From the NCBI GenBank assembly GCA_041602815.1, contig JBFIFO010000001.1, positions 14,303 to 78,302 of the forward strand: a DNA stretch of 64,000 nucleotides, in the 5' to 3' direction. Every line of letters begins with the position of its first letter. Position 1 is the first letter of the stretch. The translations under genes and the position numbers were made by a program. A model generated the notes under the pieces. It made no database searches. It was not told the origin of the DNA and was given only the letters and a program-made list of their open reading frames with translations. Source of the stretch: Alphaproteobacteria bacterium. Its GTDB lineage: Bacteria; Pseudomonadota; Alphaproteobacteria; UBA8366; JADFVY01. This document shows positions 53,691 through 63,931 of this stretch, in pieces.

Positions 53691-54719
53691 TCAGTCGATT
53701 ACGATCTGGGCGTCGGCATACCCCGCGGCGACCAGACGATCAAGCGTCCGGTCGGCCGCTTCGACCGAGCGGAGCGGTCCAACGCGCACGCGAAACATCG
53801 GCTGATTCGTGATGTAGACCTGATGCACCCGGACGGGATAGCCGAGCAACCCCAGCCGAGCCCGTAAACGATTGGCGTTCTCATACTGCGAAAAGGCGCC
53901 CGCCTGGATGAAGATCGGTGGCGTCTCCCCAACGGGCACCAACACGATCGATTCGTTTGCAGTCGGCTCCGGTATGTCGCCTGAAGCCTGGGATAGCGAA
54001 CCTGTCGAATCGGATTCGATATTGGTCATCCCGTCATAGGGCGGCGGACTCCCCGGTGGCGCCGGATTGGCCGACGCCACGCGGAGCGATGGCTGCGCCG
54101 CACTTTCCCTTGTGCTGGTGGGCGCCGCATCCTGACCGTCAAGGTTTTCAATTGTTACCTCGATACTTGGCGCGGCCTTCGGCGGGGCCGGGCCGAAATC
54201 CGGATGATCGGCGGCGCCGACCGCCAAGGCGGCCTGGCGGCTGGGTTCCAACAGGAGCTGGACTTCGACCAGCGCCGTGCCCTGTTCCACAAATCCCAGC
54301 AGGTCCGCGGCCTTGTGCGAAAGATCGATGATCCGGCCACGAACGAACGGCCCGCGGTCGTTGACCCGGACAACAAGGCTGCGTCCGTTTTCGAGGTTGG
54401 TGACTCGCACGACGCTTGGCAGCGGCAGCGTCTTGTGGGCCGCGCTGACCCGGTTCATGTCGAAAACCTCGCCGTTCGCCGTCGGCTTGCCATGGAAATT
54501 CGGGCCGTACCACGATGCGAGTCCCTTCTCCTGATATGCGTAGTCGACCTTCGGATAATACCATTGCCCGGCGACGCGGTAGGGCTTGCCGACCTTGTAG
54601 ACGCCCGGCCCCTTGGCCTCCGGGCCGGTCGGTTTGGCGCAAGCCGACACCATCAGGGCCGCGGCCAGGAAGCAGAGCAGTTGCCACGTTGTTCGCGATA
54701 TCGGGCGATCCTGCATCAT
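53691..54719 (-). CDS. rlpA: Septal ring lytic transglycosylase RlpA (DPBB + SPOR)
   Basis: It has a lipoprotein signal with a VSAC lipobox, an RlpA double-psi beta-barrel (ASWYGPNFHGKPTANGE), a Pro-rich linker and a C-terminal SPOR domain. Confidence 0.9.
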   Translation of the reverse strand: MMQDRPISRTTWQLLCFLAAALMVSACAKPTGPEAKGPGVYKVGKPYRVAGQWYYPKVDYAYQEKGLASWYGPNFHGKPTANGEVFDMNRVSAAHKTLPLPSVVRVTNLENGRSLVVRVNDRGPFVRGRIIDLSHKAADLLGFVEQGTALVEVQLLLEPSRQAALAVGAADHPDFGPAPPKAAPSIEVTIENLDGQDAAPTSTRESAAQPSLRVASANPAPPGSPPPYDGMTNIESDSTGSLSQASGDIPEPTANESIVLVPVGETPPIFIQAGAFSQYENANRLRARLGLLGYPVRVHQVYITNQPMFRVRVGPLRSVEAADRTLDRLVAAGYADAQIVID

Positions 54720-55753
54720 TCGGTGAAGATCACGGTGTTCTTTCCAGCAATCCGGTCGGCCAGGTATCCAGCCGTCAGCGCGAAGTAATCGGACCTGTTC
54801 CAGCGCAGAAACACCCGGAAATTGTTATATACCAGAAAAACCGGGCCGTCGGGACCGTCCGGCATGATCAGCGAAGCATTGATCTGCGCCGGTGGCAGGT
54901 CGCGCCCGTCCGTCCGGCGTATCCCCAGCGCCTGCCATTCCGCCAGGGATTTCTGTGTATCCAGTCCCTGAACACCGAGGTCGAACACGTCCGGAAGCCG
55001 CACCGGCCGGCCCCATGTCCAGCCGCGCTCCCAGCCGTTGCCGGCCAACAGGTTGGCGGCCGACGCAAATATGTCGGCTTTGGTCTTCCAGATATCCTTG
55101 CGTCCATCGCCGTCCCCGTCCACAGCGAAATTCAGGAAGCTCGACGGCATGAACTGGCACTGGCCCATGGCCCCGGCCCACGAACCGACCATGTCTGCCG
55201 ATTTGATGTGTCCCTGCTCCAGTATCGTCAGTGCGTTGAACAGTTCTTTGCGGAAGAACGCGCTGCGCCGGCCGTCATGCGCCAGAGTCGCCAGCGCCGG
55301 GATCACCTTGAAACCGCCGGTCAGACGCCCGAAGTCCGTCTCGATCGCCCACAACGCAACGATGACGTGTGGCGGAACGCCGTAAGTGCGGGCGGCCGCG
55401 CCGAGCAGAGCCTGGTTTTCTGCCAGTTTCTTGCGACCCGTGGCGATGCGGTGCTCGGGCGCCACGCGCATCAGATATTCTCGGAAGGTCAGGGTGAATT
55501 CCGGCTGGTTCCGGTCAAGCTCGACCACGCGCGGAATCGGTTCGATCCCGTCCAGTGCGTCGGCCAGTATGGCATCGGAAATCCCGCGCTGCGATGCTTC
55601 GAACTTGAGGTCCGCGAGCCATTCGACAAAGGGCTGAACAGGTGGGGCGTACGGATCCGCTAGCGGCGCCTGGGCGTGCACGGACGGCGCGCCGGCGGCC
55701 ACAATCAGGAGAACCATCAGCAGCGCCGCCATTCTTACGTTCGAAAAGGGCAT
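54716..55753 (-). CDS. Lytic murein transglycosylase (MltB-like)
   Basis: It has a signal peptide and the catalytic region WAIETDFG ... GAMGQCQFMPSSF. It has a 4-nt overlap with the rlpA start. Confidence 0.88.
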   Translation of the reverse strand: MPFSNVRMAALLMVLLIVAAGAPSVHAQAPLADPYAPPVQPFVEWLADLKFEASQRGISDAILADALDGIEPIPRVVELDRNQPEFTLTFREYLMRVAPEHRIATGRKKLAENQALLGAAARTYGVPPHVIVALWAIETDFGRLTGGFKVIPALATLAHDGRRSAFFRKELFNALTILEQGHIKSADMVGSWAGAMGQCQFMPSSFLNFAVDGDGDGRKDIWKTKADIFASAANLLAGNGWERGWTWGRPVRLPDVFDLGVQGLDTQKSLAEWQALGIRRTDGRDLPPAQINASLIMPDGPDGPVFLVYNNFRVFLRWNRSDYFALTAGYLADRIAGKNTVIFTE

Positions 55754-55946
55754 TTCTCGCTTGGGTTTTCAGCCAAAACTATCTCCCTACCTTTGCCATA
55801 CGGCGGCAGTGCAGGCAATACGCACTGAAATTAGGTGCGCCATTCCGTTCGTGCCGATAACAGGCAACTGTGGTCCGACTATGGCAGCGTTGGCGGCAAG
55901 GCGGTAGACGCCCTTGCCGGGGCGCATTAGATATGGCCCTGTCGCA

Positions 55947-56036
55947 GGATGGGTGGCCGAGCGGTTTAAGGCACCGGTCTTGAAAACCGGCAGGGGTTTA
56001 CGCCTCTCGTGGGTTCGAATCCCACCCCATCCGCCA
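55947..56036 (+). tRNA. tRNA-Ser (anticodon UGA)
   Basis: It folds by eye. The acceptor stem is GGATGGG/CCCATCC, the anticodon arm is CCGGT-CTTGAAA-ACCGG, there is a long variable arm, the T arm is GTGGG-TTCGAAT-CCCAC, the discriminator is G, and CCA is encoded. Confidence 0.9.
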
Positions 56037-56150
56037 TCACGTTCCCTGGCCTGAAGGGTGCGCCGATTCCATGATCGTTTTTTCCCAGCAGACCCACCGC
56101 CGGCCGAAGCAGAGGGTCGGAAGCCCCCGCAATTCCCGTTGCGACGGCGC

Positions 56151-57551
56151 ATGACCGAAGCTGATTCGAACGGGAGAAGCAGGCCGGCGCCAAGCGAGGG
56201 CGACGTCAACACCTCGCCGCGGCGGCAGCAATGGGCTGCGAGCAACATCGGCGCTGCCCACCGGGCGCTACTCGACGAGGATGCCCATTTTTTTCTGCAT
56301 CAGTCGGTGTCTACCCCCTGTCTTGCCGCCGTGGCACGGGCCGAGGGGATCTGGATCGAGGACGTCGACGGCCGGCGGTACATGGACTTCCATGGCAACA
56401 ACGTCCACCACATCGGCTACGGTCATCCGCGACTCAAGAGCGCGATTTCAACTCAAATGGACGCCCTGCCCTTCGCGCCACGCCGTTTCACCTGCGCGCC
56501 CGCTGTTGCTCTCGCCCGCAAACTGGCGCAGATCGCCCCCGGGCGCCTGGAGAAGGTCCTGTTCGCAACCGGCGGCTCGGATGCCATCGAGATCGCATTG
56601 AAGATCGCCCGGGCCGCGACCGGCCGTTTCAAGACACTTTCGTTCTGGGATTCTTTCCACGGGGCTGGATTCGGCGCGGCAAGCGTCGGCGGTGAACAGC
56701 TGTTCCGGTCCGGACCGGTCGGCCCGCTGTTGCCGGGCAGCGAGCACGTACCGCCCTTCGGCTGTTACCGCAATCCGTTCGGGTATTCGCATGACAGCCG
56801 GGAGTCGCATACCAGCGAATGCGGTTCGGTCTGTGCCGAACTCGTCAGATATGCCCTGGAAAAGGAGGGCGATATCGCGGCGGTTGTTGCCGAGCCCTGC
56901 CGCGCCGTGCCCTACTTCGCCCCGCCGGACTTCTGGGCGAAGATCCGAGCCGCCTGCGATGATTTCGGGGCGCTTCTGATCTTCGACGAGATCCCGACGG
57001 GCCTGGGTAAGACAGGCCGCATGTTTGCGTGCGAGCATGACGGCGTCGTGCCGGACATCCTGGTCCTCGGCAAGGCGCTGGGCGGCGGCATCCTGCCGAT
57101 CGCGGCGACGCTGTGTCGGCCCGAGCTGGACGTCGTCGGCGACTGGGCGTTCGGACACTACACCCACGAGAAGAACCCGGTAACGGCGTGCGCGGCGCTG
57201 GCCACAATCGAGATCATCGAGGACGAGGGGTTGGTGGAAAACGCCGCGCACATGGGCGATCGTGCCCTGGCGCGGATGCATGAAATGATGGATCGCATTC
57301 CGGCCATCGGTGACGTGCGCGGCCGGGGACTGCTGATGGGGATCGAACTCGTCGAGGACCGCGCCACCCGTGCGCCGGCGAGCGCCATGGCGGAAGATGT
57401 GCTCTATCGGGCGCTGGAGCGCGGCCTCAGCTTCAAGACGACAATGGGCAACGTCCTCACCCTGACGCCGCCGCTGACCGTTACTGCAGATGAACTCGAC
57501 AGGGCCTTCGACATCATCGAGTCCTGCCTCGTCGCGACGGTCGGGGCGTGA
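56151..57551 (+). CDS. Class III PLP-dependent aminotransferase family protein
   Basis: It has GGSDAIE and [11 protein letters not shown], and the PLP-lysine context LGKALGGG. Substrate is unknown. I trimmed the start from 56058 to the ATG at 56151 so it does not run up against the tRNA. Confidence 0.85.
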   Translation: MTEADSNGRSRPAPSEGDVNTSPRRQQWAASNIGAAHRALLDEDAHFFLHQSVSTPCLAAVARAEGIWIEDVDGRRYMDFHGNNVHHIGYGHPRLKSAISTQMDALPFAPRRFTCAPAVALARKLAQIAPGRLEKVLFATGGSDAIEIALKIARAATGRFKTLSFWDSFHGAGFGAASVGGEQLFRSGPVGPLLPGSEHVPPFGCYRNPFGYSHDSRESHTSECGSVCAELVRYALEKEGDIAAVVAEPCRAVPYFAPPDFWAKIRAACDDFGALLIFDEIPTGLGKTGRMFACEHDGVVPDILVLGKALGGGILPIAATLCRPELDVVGDWAFGHYTHEKNPVTACAALATIEIIEDEGLVENAAHMGDRALARMHEMMDRIPAIGDVRGRGLLMGIELVEDRATRAPASAMAEDVLYRALERGLSFKTTMGNVLTLTPPLTVTADELDRAFDIIESCLVATVGA

Positions 57552-57593
57552 CCGGTTCGCGTAACGATGCCGCGTCGCGGCGAAAACCGCGGA

Positions 57594-58175
57594 TCAGCGC
57601 TCGACGACGTGCTGCTTGCCGATGACATGCACCGTTGTGGCCTGCAGGCCCTTTTCCCCCTGCGTCGTCGCGAACCGGACCTCGGCCCCCTCCTCAAGCC
57701 GGTCGAATTGCCCGTCGACCACACTGTTGCGGTGAAAGTAGATCTCGCCCTGTTCGGAGGTTGCAATAAAACCGTGATCCGGGAACAGGCGCACGATGAC
57801 CCCGTGCGGCAGCGCCTCATGGCTCTTTACCTTTCCGCGCGACGTCCGGGCGTGGTCCTCCAGCTGCCGGCGCATGGCGCTGAACGCGTCACGCAGCGCC
57901 ACATAGACGTCCTCGTGCGAATGGTTGAACCGCTTGCCGGTGTTGACGACGAATTCGCCACCGGGAACCGTCACGTCAACGGAAACGAGGTACAGCTTTC
58001 CCTTCTGGTGCCGCCGGTGCGGCGCTTCGACGACCACGCGACACGAGATGATACGGTCGTGGAAGGTTTCAAGTTTTCTTACTTTTTCACGGATTCGACG
58101 CTCGACTGCGGGCGAGGTGTCCATGCCGCGAAAGGTGATCTGAACCGGAACTTGCACGGCTACCCCATCGACCAC
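57594..58175 (-). CDS. HPF/RaiA (S30AE) ribosome-associated domain fused to a cold-shock-like OB domain
   Basis: The N-terminal ~110 aa match ribosome hibernation factor (VQITFRGMD...VYVALRDAFSAMRRQLE). The C-terminal ~65 aa resemble a CSD (GVIVRLFPDHGFIATSEQGEIYFHRNSV...EGAEVRF). It has a GTG start, and the alternative GTG at 58157 gives MQVPVQITF. Confidence 0.8.
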   Translation of the reverse strand: MVDGVAVQVPVQITFRGMDTSPAVERRIREKVRKLETFHDRIISCRVVVEAPHRRHQKGKLYLVSVDVTVPGGEFVVNTGKRFNHSHEDVYVALRDAFSAMRRQLEDHARTSRGKVKSHEALPHGVIVRLFPDHGFIATSEQGEIYFHRNSVVDGQFDRLEEGAEVRFATTQGEKGLQATTVHVIGKQHVVER

Positions 58176-58341
58176 ATGCGGTATTCTTCTTGGCTTCGAT
58201 TGTCCCGCCGCGACGCGCGCATAGTCGTTGATCTAGCGCAATTCGGGTCGAGTCCCAGCCCGGAGCGCAGATTCTTATGGACGGCCGGTTGCCAGAGTCG
58301 GACTATTGGCCGCGGACGACTGCACCAGCTGAAGGGCCGAC

Positions 58342-59685
58342 ATGGGAATCGGAGCCTACATCTTGATCGCCGGCGCTTCAGCCCCGGCAGATCGGTCCGC
58401 CGTTTTGGGGCGGGCCGGGTATCGCTGCACGAACATGCCGTTCGACGCCGACGTTGCAGCAGCTGCGGCAGCGGAGAACCCGAACGTCGCCATGATTGGC
58501 TGCGCAGACCCGGCGGGGCTGGAGGTGATCCGCACACTCAAAAGCAACTTGCGAACGCGGCATATTCCTGTGGCGGCGGTCGACGTTGACGCCGATCCGT
58601 ATACCTTGCGGGCCTGTTTCGATGCCGGCGCCAACGACGTCTTCGAGCATGGTGTAGAGGACACCGAGGTCCTTGCCCGTTTGGTGCCGCTGGTACGACT
58701 GAGCAACATGGAGGCGGAACTGCTGCGCCGGGCCGAGACCGCAGGCGAATTCGGCATTTCCGTGGACACGAATGTCGAGGTCACGCCGCCGGACGCGGGC
58801 GTCTATCGCCTCCTCATCGTGGGCCTGGCACAGGACGAATTCGAGGCAATGTGCCCTCTCCTTTCGAAGACGGGGATCCAATACGAAGCGGAGCCGGATG
58901 CGTACCGTGCCCGTTCCCGTCTCATCGACCGGTCGACCGGGGACTTCGCCGGCGCCCTCGTCTACGTAAGGGGCGGCGAAGGCGAGGACCGATCTGCATT
59001 CTTTTGCCGTTCGGTGCGGGGCGACCGGCGCCTGTTCGACCTGCCCCTGTTCGTTGTCGCGGAGACGGAAGCCTTTCGCAACGCCGCGGAAGCTTATAGC
59101 CAGGGTGCCAGCGTCGTTGCCCACATACCGGTCGACTGTGATTTCGTCGATGTCCATCTGCGAATGCTTGACAAGGGACGTGCGGTGCGGCGCGCACTCG
59201 CCAAGCGACTCGTCGGTGCGCTCGGTGCAACGTCGGCGGACAGCCTGGGCAGCATCTATTCGACGGAATTCCTGCAGGCCCATATGCGGCGGCTGGAGCG
59301 CGATGCCGCGGCATCGGGCAGACGGTCAAGCGCCATCCTGTTCTTCGTCCCGACGATCGGCGAGGTTGCAGCGCTGTATGGGGACGAGAATGCGTTGCGG
59401 TTGCGCCAGCAGGTTGCGGACTGGCTGGCCGGCCTGGTCAGGGTGGAGGACATCGTCGGGCGTGCCGGCGCCGACGAGTTTCTGATGCTGTTGCCAGAGA
59501 CGGGTCAGGACGACGCGGATCGAGTCCGCCGGCGGGTAACGGGCGTGCTGCATCAGTCAGAGTTCGGGCTGACGGACAATGTGCCCGTCGGAGTCGAGGT
59601 CTACATCCAGTCGGCGCTTGTTGCGCTCGAGCCTGGCGATACTGTGGAAAAACTCGTAAAGCGCGCCAGCGGCGGTCTCGCATAG
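58342..59685 (+). CDS. PleD/PopA-architecture protein: two receiver-like domains plus a degenerate GGDEF domain
   Basis: Both REC-like domains lack the acidic pocket and phospho-acceptor residues (ILIAGA, LLIVGL). The GGDEF motif reads GADEF, and upstream catalytic positions are degenerate. An RxxD (RVED) sits 5 residues before the motif, like the PleD I-site. Confidence 0.8.
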   Translation: MGIGAYILIAGASAPADRSAVLGRAGYRCTNMPFDADVAAAAAAENPNVAMIGCADPAGLEVIRTLKSNLRTRHIPVAAVDVDADPYTLRACFDAGANDVFEHGVEDTEVLARLVPLVRLSNMEAELLRRAETAGEFGISVDTNVEVTPPDAGVYRLLIVGLAQDEFEAMCPLLSKTGIQYEAEPDAYRARSRLIDRSTGDFAGALVYVRGGEGEDRSAFFCRSVRGDRRLFDLPLFVVAETEAFRNAAEAYSQGASVVAHIPVDCDFVDVHLRMLDKGRAVRRALAKRLVGALGATSADSLGSIYSTEFLQAHMRRLERDAAASGRRSSAILFFVPTIGEVAALYGDENALRLRQQVADWLAGLVRVEDIVGRAGADEFLMLLPETGQDDADRVRRRVTGVLHQSEFGLTDNVPVGVEVYIQSALVALEPGDTVEKLVKRASGGLA

Positions 59686-59766
59686 CCGGCGGGTGTCACG
59701 CCGGCGATCACCGCAACGTGAACCCCGGGGTCGCACGGCGACCGATAAACATGTTAGAAGCACGAC

Positions 59767-60417
59767 ATGATTATCGATGTGTTCTCCGATCCCATCTGCC
59801 CCTGGTGTTATATCGGCAAACGCCGGCTTGAAAGCGCGCTCGACCAATTCGGGCGGGCTGGCGACACAACGGTTCGCTGGCGGGTGTTCCAGCTCAACCC
59901 CGCTATGCCCCCGGAGGGGATGACCCGCAGCGCATACCTTGCTCTGAAATTTGGCGGCAGTGAGCGGGCCAGCCAGATTTACGAGGCCGTCGGACAGGCC
60001 GGAGCCGAGGTCGGCATACCATTTGCGTTCGACAAGATCGAACGAACTCCGAATACCGTGCAGGCGCATCGCCTGATCCGCCACGCGGCGCGCAGCGGTC
60101 ACGACGGCGACCTGGTGGAGGCGCTGTTCCGCGCCTACTTCATCGATGGGTGCGACCTGAGCGATGATTCAGTACTCGCCGACATCGCCGGGAGCTGCGG
60201 CATGGATGCCGGGGAGTGCAGCACGTATCTCGCCGGCCGCGACGATGCAGAGGAGGTTCGTGCCGAGCACGAGTTCGCCGTGTCGCTGAATATCAACGGG
60301 GTGCCGTGTTTTATTCTGGGGGGGCGCTATGCGGTTGTCGGCGCCCAGCAGCCCGAGGCGTTCGGCCCGGTGTTCGACCTTGTCGACGAGGAGGCGCGCG
60401 CCGCCGCGGACGTGTGA
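59767..60417 (+). CDS. DsbA-family thiol oxidoreductase (FrnE/HCCA isomerase-like)
   Basis: It has a thioredoxin fold with the CPWC active site near the N-terminus (FSDPICPWCYIGK). Confidence 0.88.
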   Translation: MIIDVFSDPICPWCYIGKRRLESALDQFGRAGDTTVRWRVFQLNPAMPPEGMTRSAYLALKFGGSERASQIYEAVGQAGAEVGIPFAFDKIERTPNTVQAHRLIRHAARSGHDGDLVEALFRAYFIDGCDLSDDSVLADIAGSCGMDAGECSTYLAGRDDAEEVRAEHEFAVSLNINGVPCFILGGRYAVVGAQQPEAFGPVFDLVDEEARAAADV

Positions 60418-60424
60418 GCGCCGG

Positions 60425-63400
60425 TCACGCGGCGACAACGTTTCCCGCCGCGAGGGCGGCCAGTTCTTCCAGCAGTTTCTGAACCCCCTTGGTCCGCACA
60501 CGTGGGTCGGCCCAGGGCCTCATCAAGACGAGCCGATGATCGGGCCGTAGCTTTACGGTGCCGGCATTCTTCTGGATGAATTCGACGAGCGCGTCTGGCG
60601 CCGCGAAGCGATTTTGCCGAAACGCCAACACCGCGCCCTTCGGGCCCGCCTCGACCTTCTCGACACCGGCGCGGCGGCACATCTGTTTTATGGTGATCAC
60701 TTGCAGGAGGTTGTCCACGGCGTCGGGAAGCGGGCCGAAGCGATCGATCAATTCCGCCGCAAACGCATCGATTTCCGATTTTTCCAGGAGATGAGCGAGG
60801 CGCCGGTACAGTCCAAGCCGGACCGGAAGGTCCGGAACGTAGTCGTCGGGAATCAAGACCGGCGTGCCAAGTGAGATCTGCGGTGTCCAGCGCTCCTCCG
60901 GCATATCCTTCTCCTCCGCCCCGGCCGCGGAGACCGCTTCCTGCAGCAGGTGCTGATACAGCTCGACGCCAATATCGCGAATGTGGCCGGATTGCTCCTC
61001 TCCGAGCAGATTTCCTGCCCCCCTTATATCGAGGTCGTGGCTCGCCAGCGTGAACCCGGCTCCCAGCGTGTCCAGGGTCTGCATCACTTCCAGACGTTTC
61101 TGCGCCGATGGCGACAGCACCTGGCCGGGCGGCAGGGTGAGATAGGCATAGGCCCGGATTTTCGAGCGCCCGACCCGCCCGCGGATCTGGTACAGCTGTG
61201 CCAGGCCGAAGCGGTCGGCCCGATGCACGATCATGGTGTTGGCTTCAGGGATATCGAGTCCCGACTCGATGATGTTGGTGCTGAGCAGGACATCGTAACG
61301 GCCGTCAATGAACCCGGCCATGACCTGTTCAAGCTGGCGCGCCGGAATGCGGCCGTGGGCGAGGCCGATGCTGGCCTCCGGCACCAGTTTGGCGAGCCGA
61401 TTGTGGACGCGCGATAGATCCGCGATCCGAGGGCACACATAGAACGTCCGGCCACCGCGATGCTTCTCTCGCAGGATCGCTTCGCGGACGATGACCGGAT
61501 CGTACGGCAGTACGAAGGTGCGGACCGCCAGACGATCGACCGGCGGCGTTGCGATGATGCTCATCTCGCGCACACCGGTCAGGGCCATCTGCAGGGTCCG
61601 GGGAATTGGCGTTGCGGTCAGCGTCAGGACGTGGACCTCCGACCGCAGCTGTTTGAGGCGCTCCTTCTGCGCAACGCCAAAGTGCTGCTCTTCATCGACC
61701 ACCAGGAGCCCGAGATTGGCGAAGCGGATGCCCTTGCCGAGGAGCGCATGGGTGCCGATAACGATATCGATTGTGCCATGTGCGATACCGTCCTTGACCT
61801 GCGCTGCCTCCTTGCCGGTTACGAGGCGGGACAGCTGCGCGATGCGGAGCGGTAGTCCCGCGAACCGGTCCCGGAAATTGCCGTAATGCTGACGTGCCAG
61901 CAGCGTGGTCGGGACGATGATCGCCACCTGGTAGCCCTGGTTCACCGAGACGAAGGCGGCGCGCAGCGCAACCTCTGTCTTGCCGAATCCGACGTCACCG
62001 CAGACCAGGCGGTCCATCGGCCTGCCGGAGGCCAGGTCGTCCACGACGTCGTCGATTGCCCGCTGTTGATCTTCGGTTTCCGTCCACCCGAAGCGGGCCG
62101 CGAACTCGTCGTAGGCGCCGTGCGGCGCCTCCAGGACAATGCCCTGGCGGAGTTGCCGTTCCGCAGCCACCTTCAGCAGCTCGTTCGCAATATCCCGGAT
62201 CCGCTTCCTGGCCTTCGCCTTGCGTGCCTGCCAGGCCGAGCCACCGAGCCGATCGAGCTGAACGTCGGCGTCCTCCGACCCGAACCGTGAAAGGACGTCG
62301 AGGTTCTCGACCGGCAGATACAGCTTGTCGCCGCCCTGGTACAGCAGCCGAAGGCAGTCGTGCGGTGCACGCTCCACGGTCAACGTCTCGAGACCGTCAT
62401 ACCGGCCGATCCCGTGATCCACATGGACCACGAGATCGCCTTCGCTGAGGGTCGAATACTCGGCAATGAAATCTTCCGGCCGCCGCTGGCGGCGGGCCAC
62501 CCGACCCAGGCGTTCGCCAAGGATGTCCTGCTCGCTGTAAACGACGATGCCGTCGGCCGTGAACCCGTGCTCGAGGCCAACGACAGCAATGCCGACCGCA
62601 CCGGCCGGCACGCGCAACGCCTGCGTCCAGTCGGCAACATTGACGAGCGGCGCGACGCCATGTTCATCGAGCAACGTGGAGAGACGGTCGCGCGATCCTT
62701 CGGTGTGCGCGCTGACCAGGACGGTCGAGATGCCGGCGTCCGCCAGCAACCGCGCGCGGACCGAGTCGAACAGGGCGACGTCGGCTCTGGCGCGAGCCGC
62801 TGAAAAATCCTGGACGCGCCGCCCGCCGGCGTCGATGGAGGCCAGTGCGTCCGTCGGCGCCGAAAACGGAGCAAAACTCAACACCGCGCGCGCCGCGAGT
62901 CGGCCCCGCCACTCCGCCGCGTCGAGAAACATCTGCTCCGGTGGTACCGGCTTGTACGGAGGTGCGGTCGTCCCGGCGCTACGGGCTTCGCGCTGGCTGG
63001 CGGGAAGCATATCGGCGCGTGCCTCGTGGTACTCGGCGATCACCTCCAGCCGCGCCGCCACCGCCTCGTCGACCTGATGATCCAAGGTCACCGCGGCGTC
63101 CGGAAGATAGTCAAACAGCGTTTCGAGCCGTTCGTGGAACAGTGGCAGCCAGTGTTCCATGCCGACATGACGCTGGCCGGCGCTGATCGCTTCGTACAGC
63201 GGATCGGACTCGATCGTTGCACCGAACAATTGCCGGTAACCGTGCCGGAAGCGCTGGATCGCCGCATCCGTCACGGGCGTCTCGCTGACCGGCCGCAACG
63301 AGAAACCCTGTTCCGTGCCCGTCGTGCGCTGGGACATCGCATCGAAACGGCGTACGGTTTCCAACTCCTCCCCGAAAAAGTCCAGTCGGAGGGGCTCGCT

Positions 63401-63931
63401 CGCACCCGGCGGAAAGACGTCCACGATTCCCCCGCGAATGGCGAATTCGCCCCGTTCGCGGACGGTTCCGGCCCGGTGATAGCCATTGTCCGCGAAATAC
63501 GCCAGAAGACGAGATTGCGGCACTATGTCTCCGGTCTGCACCGACAGCGTGGCTCCAGCCAACGCCGCCCTTGGCGGGACGCGTTGCAGGATCGCGTTGA
63601 CCGTCGTCAATACGATTCCCCGCGGTGTGCCATTTCGTGCGAGACGCGACAGGATATCCAATCGCCGGGCAACGATTTCCGCATTCGGCGAAACACGGTC
63701 ATACGGCAGGCAGTCCCAGGCGGGAAACGACCAAACCTCGAGTTCCGATGCCACGAAGTGCAGCATTTCGGCCAGTGCGGCCATACGGGCGTCATCGCGG
63801 CTGACGTGCAGGATGAACGGCGCGCAAGCGGACATGGCCGCTTCGCCGAGCAAGACAGCATCCAGGCCATCGGGGACCGAACCGCAGTTCGTACGGCCGG
63901 ATGTTCTTAGGTATTTTGTTATACGTATCAA
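60425..63931 (-). CDS. mfd: Transcription-repair coupling factor
   Basis: 1168 aa with a UvrB-homology module, a CarD-like RNAP-interacting domain, SF2 helicase motifs (GDVGFGKTE, DEEQHFG) and a TRG motif region. Confidence 0.97.
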   Translation of the reverse strand: MIRITKYLRTSGRTNCGSVPDGLDAVLLGEAAMSACAPFILHVSRDDARMAALAEMLHFVASELEVWSFPAWDCLPYDRVSPNAEIVARRLDILSRLARNGTPRGIVLTTVNAILQRVPPRAALAGATLSVQTGDIVPQSRLLAYFADNGYHRAGTVRERGEFAIRGGIVDVFPPGASEPLRLDFFGEELETVRRFDAMSQRTTGTEQGFSLRPVSETPVTDAAIQRFRHGYRQLFGATIESDPLYEAISAGQRHVGMEHWLPLFHERLETLFDYLPDAAVTLDHQVDEAVAARLEVIAEYHEARADMLPASQREARSAGTTAPPYKPVPPEQMFLDAAEWRGRLAARAVLSFAPFSAPTDALASIDAGGRRVQDFSAARARADVALFDSVRARLLADAGISTVLVSAHTEGSRDRLSTLLDEHGVAPLVNVADWTQALRVPAGAVGIAVVGLEHGFTADGIVVYSEQDILGERLGRVARRQRRPEDFIAEYSTLSEGDLVVHVDHGIGRYDGLETLTVERAPHDCLRLLYQGGDKLYLPVENLDVLSRFGSEDADVQLDRLGGSAWQARKAKARKRIRDIANELLKVAAERQLRQGIVLEAPHGAYDEFAARFGWTETEDQQRAIDDVVDDLASGRPMDRLVCGDVGFGKTEVALRAAFVSVNQGYQVAIIVPTTLLARQHYGNFRDRFAGLPLRIAQLSRLVTGKEAAQVKDGIAHGTIDIVIGTHALLGKGIRFANLGLLVVDEEQHFGVAQKERLKQLRSEVHVLTLTATPIPRTLQMALTGVREMSIIATPPVDRLAVRTFVLPYDPVIVREAILREKHRGGRTFYVCPRIADLSRVHNRLAKLVPEASIGLAHGRIPARQLEQVMAGFIDGRYDVLLSTNIIESGLDIPEANTMIVHRADRFGLAQLYQIRGRVGRSKIRAYAYLTLPPGQVLSPSAQKRLEVMQTLDTLGAGFTLASHDLDIRGAGNLLGEEQSGHIRDIGVELYQHLLQEAVSAAGAEEKDMPEERWTPQISLGTPVLIPDDYVPDLPVRLGLYRRLAHLLEKSEIDAFAAELIDRFGPLPDAVDNLLQVITIKQMCRRAGVEKVEAGPKGAVLAFRQNRFAAPDALVEFIQKNAGTVKLRPDHRLVLMRPWADPRVRTKGVQKLLEELAALAAGNVVAA

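Noticed and set aside
55947-60417. A possible genomic island integrated at tRNA-Ser, covering the aminotransferase, HPF-CSD, PopA-like and DsbA-family genes downstream of the tRNA.
   Set aside because: I could find no integrase, transposase or phage genes, no direct repeat of the tRNA 3' end, and no visible compositional shift. The genes are individually unusual but do not look like a mobile island.
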